Assembly (NCBI RefSeq): GCF_036971445.1
Contig: NC_091470.1
Coordinates: 142,042,001-142,106,000 of the forward strand
DNA from: Narcine bancroftii
Taxonomy: Eukaryota
DNA: 64,000 nt
Reading direction: 5' to 3'
The notes under the pieces: generated by a model
What the model was told of the DNA's origin: nothing
Database searches by the model: none
What the model saw: only the letters and a program-made list of their open reading frames with translations
Position numbers and translations under genes: made by a program
In this document: piece after piece, positions 1 through 13,400 of the stretch
Numbering within the stretch: the stretch's first letter is position 1
How the letters are laid out: the number at the start of each line of letters is the position of its first letter

Positions 1-880
1 GTTTAACCTTCTGCTGGAGAAATTAAATTCAACTAATTCAATGTGAAAACATAACGCTGGAGAAACTCAGCATAATATACATAGCAAGGTAAAAATACAG
101 AACTGACGTTTCGAGCTTGAGCCCTTCATTAAGGTATGGAAAAATGTCACTAGGTGTCCAAACAAAAGAGTTGGGGGGAAGCATGGATGCAAAGGCAGGA
201 GGTGATAGCTGGAGAAGGGAGGGAGGGGGCAAGGGGAGGAGGGATGGCCAGGTGAAGGGAGGGAGGAGAACTGGACGGGGGGAAGGGAAGGGGGAGGGGA
301 GAAAGGAGAGCAGGTTAGCAGAAACCAGAAAAGTCAATGTTAAGGGCATTTAGCTGGAGAGTGCCCTGACAAAAAATCAGGTATTGTTCCTCCAATCTAC
401 AGTGGGGCAGAATATAAGCCCATGGACAGACATGTGAGTGTGGGAGTGTGACACAGAACTGAAATGGTTGGCTACTGGGAGGTCTCTGTCACTGGTCCGG
501 ATGGAGTGAAAATGCTCAGTGAAGTGATCTCCCAATCTGCACCCAGTCTCTCCAATGTAGAGAAGGCCACAAAGGGAGCACCGGATGCAATAAATTAGTC
601 CTGAGGTTACACAAGTGAAGTGTTGCATCATTTGAAAGGCTTGTTTGGGGCCCTGGATCATGACGAGAGAGGTGTGGGTGTAAGTGTGGCACTTCTTGAA
701 GGGGAAGGTGCTGGGGGTAGGAGGGGGTGGTGGGTGATTGGTAGGGAGGTCACGGAAGGTGCGATCCTTATGTAAGACAGAGAGGGGAAGATGTGTCTGG
801 TAGTGGGATCCTGTTGTAAGTGCAAGAAATTCCAGAGGATATGTTAGATGCGGAGGCTGGTCGGGTGGTAGGTGAAAATG
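1..880 (-). mobile_element. Penelope-like retroelement fragment (GIY-YIG endonuclease end)
   Basis: ORF 377-661(-) reads LIYCIRCSLCGLLYIGETGCRLGDHFTEH...PVANHF, the GIY-YIG signature of Penelope elements; boundaries approximate. Confidence 0.8.
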
Positions 881-1099
881 ATCCCAGACTCAATGTGAAA
901 TAGTCTGATGTCAGGGGAAACGCAGATGGGCAATAAAAAACTTCTTGGCAGTAACCCTATCCTGTGAGGGAATTTTTTAAAAATTGCTTCAAATATATGC
1001 AAATTAGTTTAATTATAACCAACCACAGCAACAGTGGTAAATGGTTAGAGTTCACAAAAAACAACTTGCATTTAAATCCTCTTTCAGGTTAGTTTCAGA

Positions 1100-1790
1100 T
1101 TAGGGGCCTGCATATATTGGAGCAGGGACTACTACTATAAATTAATGGTTTGCAAGGGAATGATTAGTAAGTTTGTGGATGTGACCAGCATTGGTAGAGA
1201 GTGAGGAAGGTGGTCTAAGATTATAATGTAATGCTAGTCAACAAGCCATGCATTAGGACAGGATCTACATAGTGAATAGCAGAGCTATGGGGAGCAGTGT
1301 GGAATGGAGAAACCTTGTGATTTCAGTCAATACTTCTCCTGAAGAGGCAATACAGGTAGACACAAAAGTTTTCCCAGTCTTCAGCTTTAGCCTGCTCTTC
1401 CTCTGTCTGTTACAGAGGGAAGACCTGAAAAGAAACACAGATCAAAGCTCTACTCCCTGACCTAAAGGGGTAGACCACAGAACGGTGGGCATCCCTGGTT
1501 CCAACTAAAACAAGGTGATGTGGTTCTCTTCATTGTCCAGGGAGTTACAGTTGTTTAAAACATTACACTACAGGAAGGGTGTGATTATGTTAGAGAAGGT
1601 GCAGGAAGCATTCACCAGGATTGGAGAGCTTGAGCTACAAGGAGAGATTGGATAAGCTGAGAGGTGACATGAGAGAGGAATGTAAAATTTTGAGAAGCAG
1701 ATAGGACCAATGCCAAGGGTGGGGGTGCCTAAAACTAGAGTGCACAGGTGTAAAATGAGAGCAGGGAGGTTTAGAAGGATTCAGAGATTA
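1100..1790 (+). mobile_element. Decayed CR1 LINE 3' fragment
   Basis: CR1-like phrases (atgattagtaagtttgtggatg; ttagagaaggtgcaggaagcattcaccagg; ctgagaggtgacatg) with many stops. Confidence 0.6.
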
Positions 1791-1799
1791 TATAATTTG

Positions 1800-4210
1800 G
1801 TAAATCCCTGTATGTATATATTTATTTGTTTGGGCGCACCCATTGGCTGCACCTGTGGCTACTCCCACAGACTCCTGAATAAAGGTGACTGTTCCACAGC
1901 CCTGCCCCAATTCAGAAAAGTTGAGCAGCGAGGGTGTGCCTTTGTTCTATAGTGAATAAAAGCCGATTAGTTTTGCTTGTATTCAGTCTATTCAGTCTAA
2001 GTCACTGATGGGGCATCAATTTTATTCACTATAGTTTTTATAATGGAGCAGATCCTGAAGCCAGAGAAACTGGAAATCGACCTTCAATCACCAACTTTGC
2101 ACTCTGGCTGCACTGTTTCGAGGCATTCCTGTGGCATCTTCAGCCATCATGTGGACAGAGACCGACAAATTACAGGAACTGCACTTCCGAGTTTCCCCCC
2201 TGGTGTACTCGATGATCAGGACCGCTCCATCGTATCAGGAGGCCATGACATTCTAAAGGGCCAATACCTGCAAAAGATTAATGAAGTCTACGCCAGGCAT
2301 CTCCTGGTGACCCAAAAGCAGTGACTCATAGAGTTGAATGCCAAGTACTTCCAGATCCTGGGAACCCTCAGAAGGGCCTGTGAATATAAGGCCGTAATGG
2401 CTGTGGAGTACATGGAGGACCTGTTCAGGGATGCCTATGTCGCAGGGATCAGGATGAACTACATCTATCAAAGACTATTGGAGCAAGGTGAGCTCAACCT
2501 GCAGAGAGCAGTTGAGCTGGCAGGTATGCTGTAGGTGGTCCCCCAGAATATAGAGGCCTACTCAGCTGAAAATGTGGCCACCTCGTGGCGCTACCATCTT
2601 GGGACGAGCTGCTACCCTCCCATCCTGATCCCACCATGGCAGCAGTACTCCATGTACTCAAGACCATGTTCTGTCAGTGACCTGACCACGGCCGCTGTAC
2701 TCCTAGAGCACCTAAAGTGATACTTCTGTGTTCTGGACAAGCACCCGAGGAAATGTTCCCCAGTGAAAGATGCGGTCTTCTCCTGCTGCAGGAAGAAGGG
2801 ACACGATGCAAAAGTGTGCAAATCCAAACCCCTTCCCAGCAATGCCATTTATGAATCATGGGGGAACTATCAGCATCGCATGTGGACCGTGGGGGCTGCC
2901 ATCTTGGACTGCCATCTTCCGAATCAACACACAATTTCTCTACCACAGCAACAAGCAATGCTCCGACACTGGCCTCCATCATTTTTGACCAGGATAGCTC
3001 ACATCAGCTCACCAGGTCAGTGATGGACATTCAGGTAAATCTTTGGTTTGGCTTCGCGGACGAAGATTTATGGAGGGGTAAATGTCTACGTCAGCTGCAG
3101 GCTCGTTTGTGGCTGACAAGTCCGAGGTGGGACAGGCAGACACGGTTGCAGCGGTTGCAAGGGAAAATTGGTTGGTTGGGGTTGGGTGTTGGGTTTTTCC
3201 TCCTTTGTCTTTTGTCAGTGAGGTGGGCTCTGTGGTCTTTTTCAAAGGAGGTTGCTGCCTGCCGAACTGTGAGGCGCCAAAATGCACGGTTTGAGGCGAG
3301 ATCAGCCCACTGGCGGTGGTCAATGTGGCAGGCACCAAGAGATTTCTTTAAGCAGTCCTTGTACCTCTTCTTTGGTGCACCTCTGTCACGGTGGCCAGTG
3401 GAGAGCTCGCCATAGAACACGATCTTGGCAAGGCGATGGTCCTCCATTCTGGAGACGTGACCTACCCAGCGCAGTTGGATCTTCAGCAGCGTGGATTCGA
3501 TGCTGTCGGCCTCTGCCATCTCGAGTACTTCGATGTTAGGGATGAAGTCGCTCCAATGAATGTTGAGGATGGAGCGTAGACAATGCTGGTGGAAGCGTTC
3601 TAGGAGCCGTAGGTGATAGCCGAACATTCAGGTAAATAGCATGTGACAAATTGCCTATTCGATAGTGGGAGCACAGAGAGCTACATTCTCCCTCACACCC
3701 TGTAGCGCTGTTCCCTCATGGTATAGCCAGTAAACCAAAAGGTCTACATGGCCTTAAAGTCACATACAGCGGATGTCCATGGCCACTGTGTAGTGACTCT
3801 GACCGTGCGGGCACGGACTATAAAGACCTTCAACTTTTGGTGATGTCACAGCTCTGCGCTGCTATACTATTGGGACTGGATTTTTAATGCCACCTTAAAA
3901 GTGTGATGGTGTTCAATGGGCCCCTTCCACCCCTTCCTGTCTGTCACCAGCAGTTCTAGAATTGCCCACTTCACTCCACCTACCCTTCAGTCTCCCCCCC
4001 CCCCCCCCACCCCGGCCCCACATCGCATCAATGCTTACGATGTGCAGACTCTCCATGCTCCACTGCTGTTTGCCAATCTCAGCCCCGACTGTAAACCTGT
4101 CGCCACTAAAAGTCGTTTGTACAGGGCCTTTATTCGGGTGGAGGGGCAGCGGCTATTAAATGAAGGGATCTCATTGAGGGCAGCACCAGCCCTTGGAGAA
4201 CACAAATGGT
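1800..4210 (+). mobile_element. Degenerate Gypsy-type LTR retrotransposon (5' LTR-like segment, gag, protease, start of pol), interrupted by an RTE LINE
   Basis: LTR-like segment with AATAAA (~1800-1975); gag start MEQILKPEKLEID at 2043; zinc-knuckle remnant CRKKGHDAKVC (~2790); aspartic protease CLFDSGSTESYI (DSG at 3661-3669); pre-RT LFANLSPDCKPVATKSR; many frameshifts and stops. Confidence 0.8.
3041..3623 (-). mobile_element. 5'-truncated RTE-clade LINE nested in the Gypsy remnant
   Basis: ORF 3091-3627(-) matches the C-terminus of the RT ORF at 33691-35382; perfect 14-bp TSD ACATTCAGGTAAAT at 3027-3040 and 3624-3637. Confidence 0.92.
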
Positions 4211-4279
4211 GGGTGAGAGGAATGGGGAGAAGAAGGGGGGTGAGAGGGAGGGAAAGGAGAGGGGAGAAAGGGGGAGAGT

Positions 4280-4472
4280 GAGGGAGGAAGGGGCGCGGAC
4301 TGTCGTCGGCAGGGGACTTGGCGGAGCGAATGGAAAACGACGAGCCCATCACACACCCCTCTGACGTCACTGACCTCTATCCAATCACAACAGACGGTGC
4401 AGCAACAAAGAGCGGATCAAGTCCGGCGCTGCCGGGTTGTGTCATTGGTCGGAGCAGCGACGCAGTAGCAGC
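4280..4472 (+). promoter_or_regulatory. SLC2A1 proximal promoter/5'UTR within a CpG island (~4280-5450)
   Basis: CpG-rich compared with the flanks; full CRE TGACGTCA 4362-4369, CCAAT 4381-4385, reverse CCAAT 4444-4448; no obvious TATA; lies directly upstream of ATG 4473. Confidence 0.7.
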
Positions 4473-4487
4473 ATGTCCGGGGAGAAG
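4473..4487 (+). CDS. SLC2A1: SLC2A1 coding exon 1 (MSGEK)
   Basis: agcATGTCCGGGGAGAAG|gtgaga in the CpG island; phase-0 donor in frame with exon 2; short Lys-ending first exon typical of class I GLUTs. Confidence 0.82.
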
Positions 4488-7400
4488 GTGAGACCCGCCT
4501 CGGGGGCGCAGGGAACCCGGGACGAGAGAGGGGGAGGGGGGAGGTCGGGGTTGACTGGGAGGCTGAGCCGCTCCCGATCGTGGAGCTGGAAGAGCCGTCA
4601 ATCGCAGCCGTGGCCGAAGTGTTGCTCCCGGGCAGGGAGAGCGGATCTGCCGCTGCTCCCACCAGGAGCCGGCGATGGCGGCAACTGGCTGCCCAGGGCC
4701 CTCCGGGGCGAGAGGTTGGGATTGAAGCTGAGGCTGGGTAGGATCCAACTGCTGCCCCCAACCGAACGCCGCTGCCCGGCCCGTGAAAGCGCCCGCCTTT
4801 CCGGCCTTGAGTGGAGATGTTCGGGATTCAGGTTTAACTCGTCTGGAATGTGTGTGAGATCCAGTGGTATTACTAACGACCCCTGCTGCTGGGGTCCGAA
4901 CCGGGCTGGAGGGAGGCGCGCGTGTATTTTATATAGTGTGTATGTGTTATATAAGAAAAGGTTGGTTATTCAAAAACTTCTCCGAAATTTCCGCCAGCCG
5001 GGATTCCAAGCAAGATCCCATCGCAGGGCGTGTGATCGTGCGGCTCATCCTTGTTCTGTTGGCGGTTCTGGTTCCCCGAGCTCTGCTCCGCCCCGTGGGA
5101 TTCCCTCCCGGTCCCGGGTGAGAGAACGAGGGGTGTGGGACACGGCTCCCCTGTTGCTTGCTCCCCCCACCCCCCACCCAGTGAGAGGACGTGGTGGGGT
5201 GGGTGGGCACGCCGCCGCAGATGATCCGGCTGTCTGCCTCAGCCAGTGTGAACGTGAGGGATCCAGCGTCCTGCTCCCTCCCAGCTCCAAGGCTGGTCTT
5301 GGGAATCGCCGTGTCCGGAGGTGCCCACACCGGCTGGGACCTGGAAGCAGGCAGTTTTGATGAGAATTTCTTCTGCTCCTGGGGCGGAGACATCACTGGG
5401 AGACCTGAATAAAAGTCGACCGGCTGGTTAAGTCAGGTGATCGCAGCTTAAATTGCTCGCAAGGGTGTGTTGCCTTGGTAACTGTGAATATCATAAATTC
5501 TTCATCAGCACTGTCTGTGACAGCCAGATACGGGGAAAAAACCTGCTGAGCTTCCATCAGCCCGAAGAACACGTCTCCCGTGAATTCTCTGAGTACTTTG
5601 CATATGGAACTCGTGATGGTTTCTTAATTTACACTGTCATTTGTCAGCAATAGTATCACCCAAATATGGTCGCTGTGATTGTAGTAAAAACAGCAATGCT
5701 GGAGGAACTCAGATGGTCTCGCAGTGCCCATAAGAGGTAAAGATATAGGCCTAAATCTTGGATAAATAGCGGGGCGGGAATTGACTGAAAATCCTGCACT
5801 TTCCTTTTTAGACTGCCAGGTAACAACAAATTGCATTGATTGTGCTGTTAACGCCTGCAGTCTAAATCCCTAATTGACACTCACCATGAAGATTCCAGCT
5901 CCAATTTCATCTGTTTCATTTCAGACTCCCATCAGGTGTTTATTTTAAGCTTTAAGGAGTTTGTAGCTTGATGCAATGTTTACTGTGTATCTACCCGTCT
6001 TCAGTTGATTTGGGAATTATAAAGACCACAGATTATCCAATCCTGAAATGAGATGTAAATGTCGATCAGAATTTTTTAGGAAGGTTTTTCAGAAGAGGAG
6101 ATGGGGGAATATCCATGTGCCCAAACACAGAGATGAACATGCACCCTGCTTGTTGCATGATGAGATGCCAGGGTGTGCAGGTATGAATCACCCACAGCGA
6201 GACATGACTTGCTTTGTTAGTTGCATTGAGTTAATCCTTATGACATGGGAGGCCATTTGGCGGCCCAGCAGATCGATTTAATGGTCCCATTTCCCCCTCT
6301 GACTTTGCAGTCCCCAGCACTTTGTTCCTTTTCACACACACGTGGTAACTTCACTTTGAATCTTAAACCACATATCCACAGCAGCTGATTAAGCATGTTT
6401 TTAGGACAAGGGAGGAAACTGGAGCACCCACATGAAGCCAATGCAGTCACAGGGACAACAGGCAAACATCACACAACATCTGAGGTCAGGAATGAAGCCA
6501 CTTAATGGCTCAATGGCATAAGTACTTTCAAATCCATGTTTGAGACCTTGTGAGAGATCTCCTGATTTCTGCGCCACGTTGTTGTGAGCTTGTCTGTCTT
6601 CAAGAACCTTGAGGATTTAATCCAGGCTGACGTGTATGTGCAGTTGTGCATGGTTGGAGAACACCCTCAGGCAAGCTGCTCTCTCGGGTAGATGTCAAAA
6701 CCATTCAAACAAAACCAATATTAATCTTCCGCTAATGTCCAAAGCACATTACCAAGTCATTTTTTCCACTGCCATTTATGGGAGCTTGCTGCTGTTTGGT
6801 TGGCTAACCACATTTCTCTGGTTTAAGTGAAAGATGACAGTTAAAGATGCCTCATTCAGTGTGAAACATCTAGGGAGATTCTCAAGTTCTGATAGACATA
6901 ATAGAAGTGAATATTCTTTAGTGAAGCTGATGGTCATTGCTTTGCAATATAAACCTTTCTACATCAACAGGACAATAAGGCGAGTGCTTTCTACATGCAT
7001 GTCTGAACTGCCTGAATGATGCAATTGGTATAAAACGTCCCAGGCCTGGTGACAGTATATGATCAGGTTTCACAGTGCAGTAAGATAACTTGACCAGCTC
7101 AATGTTCAAAGGCACAAGTATAATGGGAGAAGCTGCTTCATTTGCATCTGGGGTTTTCAGGAAAGGGGGTTTATTTTCAACAGTGTTGTGTTAAACAGTA
7201 TTTGGAGAAAAATCAATTTCCCCTATGCCTGTATATGTGGGAATGGTGGTGGTGTCATGGAAATGTGTTGGTGGATAATGTGCTGGAATATCCCGAGGAC
7301 TACACGGACACTTTGGCAGAGATGAACGAGGTCAGTCTGTAGAAAAATTCAAGTCTTTCTGGGATCTTGAAAGAAACTTGCTTAATTAAAAGCAATTCTG

Positions 7401-10400
7401 ATTTATTAATTCCCTACAAGCTCTCGTACTTCTGGGGTTTTGCCTCGTCTTGTTCAGTGGTCTGTTTGTGAAGAGGCTTGTCCACCTTTTTCTCCCCGTG
7501 CCCTTCGAACCTGTTTCGCCACAACTCTTGGAGTTGAAGAATTGCCTACAGTCAGAGATCACACTGAGTCATTTGACCTGTGCACATATGAGAGCGGGGC
7601 TCTGAATCTGGCCTCTGGAATTGGAATCAAAAGTATATGGTGATGAGAAGTGTGTGTCAGGGCAGCTTGTACTGTTGAGCCCAGTGGGAAACATGACTTT
7701 TATTGTGACTGGGGAACAAGAAGAGCATTTTGAAAAATTTCCTCTGTGCAAAGGACTCTCAAAGGAGATGGGAATTGTGGACAAATTCCAGAGGTCTGGA
7801 GTGGGAAACAATTTCCCCGTTTTCCCATTGGATTCCCTGGATCAGTGGTTTTTGGAAGTGGATGTGCGTGGCATGATTAGTAAGTTTGCAGAAGTGGTGG
7901 AAGGTTGTCTAAGGTTACACCATTATGTCATTCAGCTAGGGATATGGCTAAAGGAATAGCTGATGAAACTGGGTTCAGAATAATGCCACTCCAGGGCAGG
8001 ACATAGGGCATGTGATAGGACAGAGATCTTGGGGTGCAAGCATATGGTTCCCTGAAAGTGGTGACAGAAGTATACAAGGTGGTGAAGAGCACTTGCCTTC
8101 ATTGGATGGGACCAAGAGTGGGGCTTCATGTTACAGATGTACAAGATGTCAGTGAGGCTACAGACGTACAAGATGTCAGTGAGGCTACAGACGTACAAGA
8201 TGTCAGTGAGGCTACAGACGTACAAGATGTCAGTGAGGCTACAGACGTACAAGATGTCAGTGAGGCTACAGACGTACAAGATGTCAGTGAGGCTACAGAC
8301 GTACAAGATGTCAGTGAGGCTACAGACGTACAAGATGTCAGTGAGGCTACAGACGTACAAGATGTCAGTGAGGCTACAGACGTACAAGATGTCAGTGAGG
8401 CTACAGACGTACAAGATGTCAGTGAGGCTACAGACGTACAAGATGTCAGTGAGGCTACAGACGTACAAGATGTCAGTGAGGCTGCATCTGGAGTCTTATG
8501 TGCAGTTCTGCTCACTGTGCTTCCAGAAATGATTATTCTGAAGAGTCTTCAGCAGGTCTTGCTGGGTCTGGAGGGCTTGGGTTACAAGGAGAAACTGGAG
8601 TTGCTGTATCTGTTTGCCCTGGGGCATAAGAGGCTGAGGGATGACCTTGTAAAAGTTTTCTCCATGGTGGGGTGGGGGGGGGGACTGTTAGGGGAAAGAC
8701 TTGTGGGGCCTGAGGATCTCATTTGTCACACAGATGGTGGTGGGGGTGATGAGCTGCCAGAAGAAGTGGAAGGGTACAACTGCAAGTCCTGCATAGGGAA
8801 GATTTAGAAGGGAATGGGCTGAACTCTGGGAAATGTGCATGGTGTCTGTGCCAGCTATTGTACCCACAACAGCAATACCTTTTCCCAGCACCTGCCCCAT
8901 TTGCCTCTCTCTTCCTTGGCAATGCTGGTGCTCACCCAGATGTTTCTAGAGTTTCTGCCTCTAAATTCTAACCGCTCTTAAGGTGGAAAAGTTCCACTTG
9001 TTTTCCATTAAATAGCATCTGCTTGGAGTTCACAATCCTGGAAAAATCTCAAAATTGATGAAGGGCTTAAGTCTGAAACGTTGGTTATGCATCTTTATCT
9101 TTGCTATATAAAGTATAGTGTCTGAGTTTCCACACCATCGTGTTTTTACTTCAACCACAATGTCTGCAGATCTTTATATTTTACAAAATTAATTTGTTGT
9201 TAATCATATTTTCATTACGGTAAGCTAATTACTGGTACTCAAGGGTTTTGAATTTTGAATTTGCCTATTCAAAATAGTGAGTGGCAGGGGGGGGGAAAGA
9301 GTTTGCTTTAATGAGAAAGTTAAATTTTTTTAGCTTGACTACTTTCAATAAATTCCGGCCTTTGTGTTATCGGGCACAGGAACAAAGCTGCTTAATGCAC
9401 TGTGGAAGGAAGGGCCCTGGATATGGACAAATGCAAACACTACTTCCTGGATCCCTCTGAGTTTTGCTGAGCTCCAAAGTGGGGGATATGACAAACTAAT
9501 TGCATCTATGAAGTTAACCTTTATTGGCAACAGATAGAATATTGTTCTAACAAGAAAGTAGGAATGAAATGTAAACAAACTTGTGTATGTGGAAGGTTGC
9601 AGCAAAGATTGCCGTTATAAGATGTGAAATTGAATCAGGAATTGGGGGGGGGGGGTGGGAGGGGGAAATCCTTCTTTACCCAAGAGCGACCTGAATGTGG
9701 GTACAAATTAGGAGCAGGAGTGGTTCATGGAGTTCTCCAGCACAGAACTAGGTGGTTCAGCCCACCAGGGTGCCAGTCTGAGGTAGTCCCATTTACTAGA
9801 AACCATACCTCTTTCTGCCCAAATATATTTTCAAAGTTATAATTAACCATGCCTCCACCACATCCTTTGGCAGTTTGTGCCATGTGTACCTACCTCCCAC
9901 TGTTTTAAATAGTTGCCCTCAGATTGCTTTAAAATTTTCCCTCTTGCCTAAACCTATGGCCTCTGTTTCAGATTCCCTTCGCCTGTGAACAGTAACAATG
10001 ACTATCCAGGTTATGTGATTTTTATAAACCTCCATTCAATCATTCAACCTCCAAGTGAACAATTCCCATCCTGTCCAGTCCTTCCATATAATTCAGGCCA
10101 TCCAGTCCTAGTAACAGTTTTGCAAATCTTTTCTTCACCGTTTCCAGCTGAATTACATCCTCTCGATAGCTGGGTGACTGACATTGTTACAAGTGGCATC
10201 TTCCATATATATTCTACAGTTGTAACAAACATGACCTCATAACCTCTGTACTCTGTTCAGACAGATGAAGTTAAGTGTTACAGGCACCTATCTGTGTTGG
10301 CGTCTAGACAGGGAACGATATACCTGTGCCTCTAGGCCTTTCCATTTGACAGCACGTTCAAGGGCCCTGTCATTCACTGTGCAAGCCCTGCCCTAGTCTA

Positions 10401-13400
10401 ACACAAGTGATCATAACCCAACCATCTGGATACAATTTCAGCCACAATTTGCCCTCAGGAGACTCTGAGCAAAAACGTAAATGGTTCCACATTGGTGCTG
10501 ATTTAACTTCTGATGCTTCCTGCGATCTGCTTAATGTTCGGCACAAGTACAGCGACTGACCTTGTGTTTTCTTTTAAAATGTATTTCAGAAAGTTACTGG
10601 GAAGTTGGTGCTTGCGGTGAGCACTGCGGTGCTTGGATCCGTGCAGTTTGGTTATAACACTGGAGTCATTAATGCTCCACAGAAGGTAGGACATTTATTC
10701 ACAGAAAAAGATTGTTCAAATAATCAGGTTCATTTTACAATTGAGTTTGTTTTACAGTAGGATTGTGTATTCTGTGATGAAGTTTGAAAAAATGATTTCA
10801 TTTGTTAATTATGTTTCATTCACAAGATTTCAGTGGAACCAGAATCTTTGCATACTGTATTTTTAAGAACGAGGTGGATTGGACAGTTTAATATAAAGGT
10901 TACCAGGTAGCAGAGAGTTGAAGTTTCTGTTTGATGGTTGGAGCAGGCTCGCAAGATCACATGTCTCTTTCCTGCTTGGTATTCAAATGCTTGTATAATT
11001 TCAGATTTCTCAAAGAATAACAAATTTGGAGAATTCTGCTATTTATTCTGATTTGCTGTCAGACAGTGGAAATATGAAGACACATACACCAGTACTACAT
11101 TCTGAGAACCTGGAATTAGAAAACACCCCTCTCTTCCATAACTTGCTCAATGACAAATTTTGAGAATGTGAAAGCCAGCAATTTCACTGACTCTGGGTCA
11201 GTGATATCTTGCTCTTATTTAGTTCCATTTGCTCCTGGCAGAGGCACCCACTGGACCAGTAGTCAGAGCTCAGTAGGCAGGGCTTGCACAGTGAATGACA
11301 GGGCCCTTGAATGACAGGGTTGTGGGTTCGAATTTTTCATCATGAGCTGGGAATTTAATTTCAAGGAATTAAATAACTCTGGATTAAGAGCCAAGCGTGG
11401 TACTGGTGAGCACAATGTATGTGCTTCAAGGTAAAATTCCCCCAGTTCATAGACTTCCTTTGTTGGTCTTAGTTCCATCTTATTTCAGGTTCTCCAATGC
11501 TTTTGACCATTAACCTTTGATTGGGGAACAGGAATGGACAATAAATGCTGGTGATGGCTACATCCCGTATCCAAACGCTAGTGTAAATATCTCCCAAATC
11601 TATGACCTGGTTTTCTTCCCAAGGCCACGGGACCAGGAACATTCCTGTTCCAACCTCCCTACACCTGAATCTGATTTATGATTCCTCTGTTATTTCAGGC
11701 TTAGAACTTGGGGCTTGTACAGCACTGCACAAGCGCTCTGCAAACCAGACCGCAGGGATTTGTGAATACACCTCATTCTTCTGGGAAGTTGAGGAGAATC
11801 GTTAAGTACTGGCCTTGCCCACAGCCCATAAATAAATTAAAAACGAAACCAAGAAATGTGCTCTCAGATAAGACACCTTCCTATGAATGATGAGGCTTAC
11901 TTCAATCATCAGTCTGAGCAGGATGAGGTGGGTGCAAGACCCAGTTATGTGGCAGAAATGCTTCCAGTCCAGACTTAAAGGTCCCCAAAGGGAGTGAATC
12001 CAGAACGGAGAAATAAATTTCACGCTACTGATCCACAGCTGTATCGCCAGATCCACCTCTAACAGAGTCATCTAGTTTGCAGATGACACGACAGTAGTTG
12101 GACTTGTCAGCAACAACGATGAGTCGCACAACAGAGAAGAGGTGGAAAATCTTGTGATATGGTGTGAGAATAACAATCTAAGTCTCAACGTGGACAAAAC
12201 AAAAGAGATTATCATGGACTTCAGGAGGACCAGGAAAGACCACCCTCCACTGCACATCAATAACTCTGTAGTTGAGAGTGGAGAGTACCAAGTTCCTTAA
12301 AGTTCACTTAACTAGTGACCTGTTGTGGACACTCAACATCTCCTTACTTGTCAGGAAAGCACAACGGTGACTGTATTTCCTGATAAGACTGAAGTGGATA
12401 AAGCTACCTGCCACCATTATGTCAACCTTCTATAGGAGCTCTGTCAAGAGCACCCTGGCCAGCTGCATCACAGTGTGGTATGGATGCTATGGAGGTCAAT
12501 CCATAGGACCCCAAGAGTGGCAGAGAGGTCTTACTCCTCTTTTCACCACCCACCCATTGATGTGATCTACCGGGATTGTTGTCTGAAGAGGTTGCGCGAA
12601 ATCACTGAGGACCCCTTCCACTCAGCCCGCAGCATATTTCAGCTGCTTCCATCAGGGAAGAGATGCAGGAATATCAGAGCCAGCACCACCAGGCTGAGGA
12701 ACAGCTTCTTCCCACTGGTAGTGAGAACGCTGAACAACCAAAATAACTCCTTGCACTAGCCATCGAAGGCCCTTGTATATACAAAACAATATTTAATTTT
12801 ATAGATGAAATACTTGACCTCCATATGTATTATCTTTATGTATGTGGGTTACGTCTAGTTATGATTCTGCGTCTTTTGCACCAAGGACCGGAGAATGCTG
12901 TTTCATTGGGTTGTACTTGTACAATCAGATGACAATAAATTTGACTTGGACTTGAACAAATTCATTCACTTTACAGCTAAAGCTGTAATGGCAAGAAGAC
13001 AGTGGATCAATTACTGGAAATGCCACCTAGGTGGGACATTCCTTGACATCTCGTTGGAAATTGTGAATTTGACTTGGCAACATGAACTATAATTTTGCTG
13101 TTTGGATCTTTCTTTCGATTTAGTGTGTAATCTTGTAGACTGATTGGTGTCAGGATTACAGTAGTGACGGATGTGGAGGGTGGCGCAGTGACATTTATAC
13201 GGTGCAGCACAAGGTGGCATGTTTGAGGGAGAATGTAATGTCATGTGATGTGGGGAGGGGACAATGCAGTGTGATGTCCCCCTCTGCGTGATAATTCTTC
13301 TCAGTTAGAGATTGCCTACCCTGCCCATGTCACTCAAATCTCAATCAGCCGCTGATGCTCCAGTTTGTCCAACCCCTTTTTGTAGCTTATACCCTCTCAT

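Noticed and set aside
4437-5396. 307-aa and 149-aa ORFs over the CpG island
   Set aside because: Low stop frequency in GC-rich DNA; no recognisable domain; only MSGEK before the donor is coding.
7932-8807. Repeat-protein ORFs (DVQDVSEAT)n and similar
   Set aside because: Translation of a 27-bp intronic array within a dead CR1; open in several frames simply because 27 is divisible by 3.
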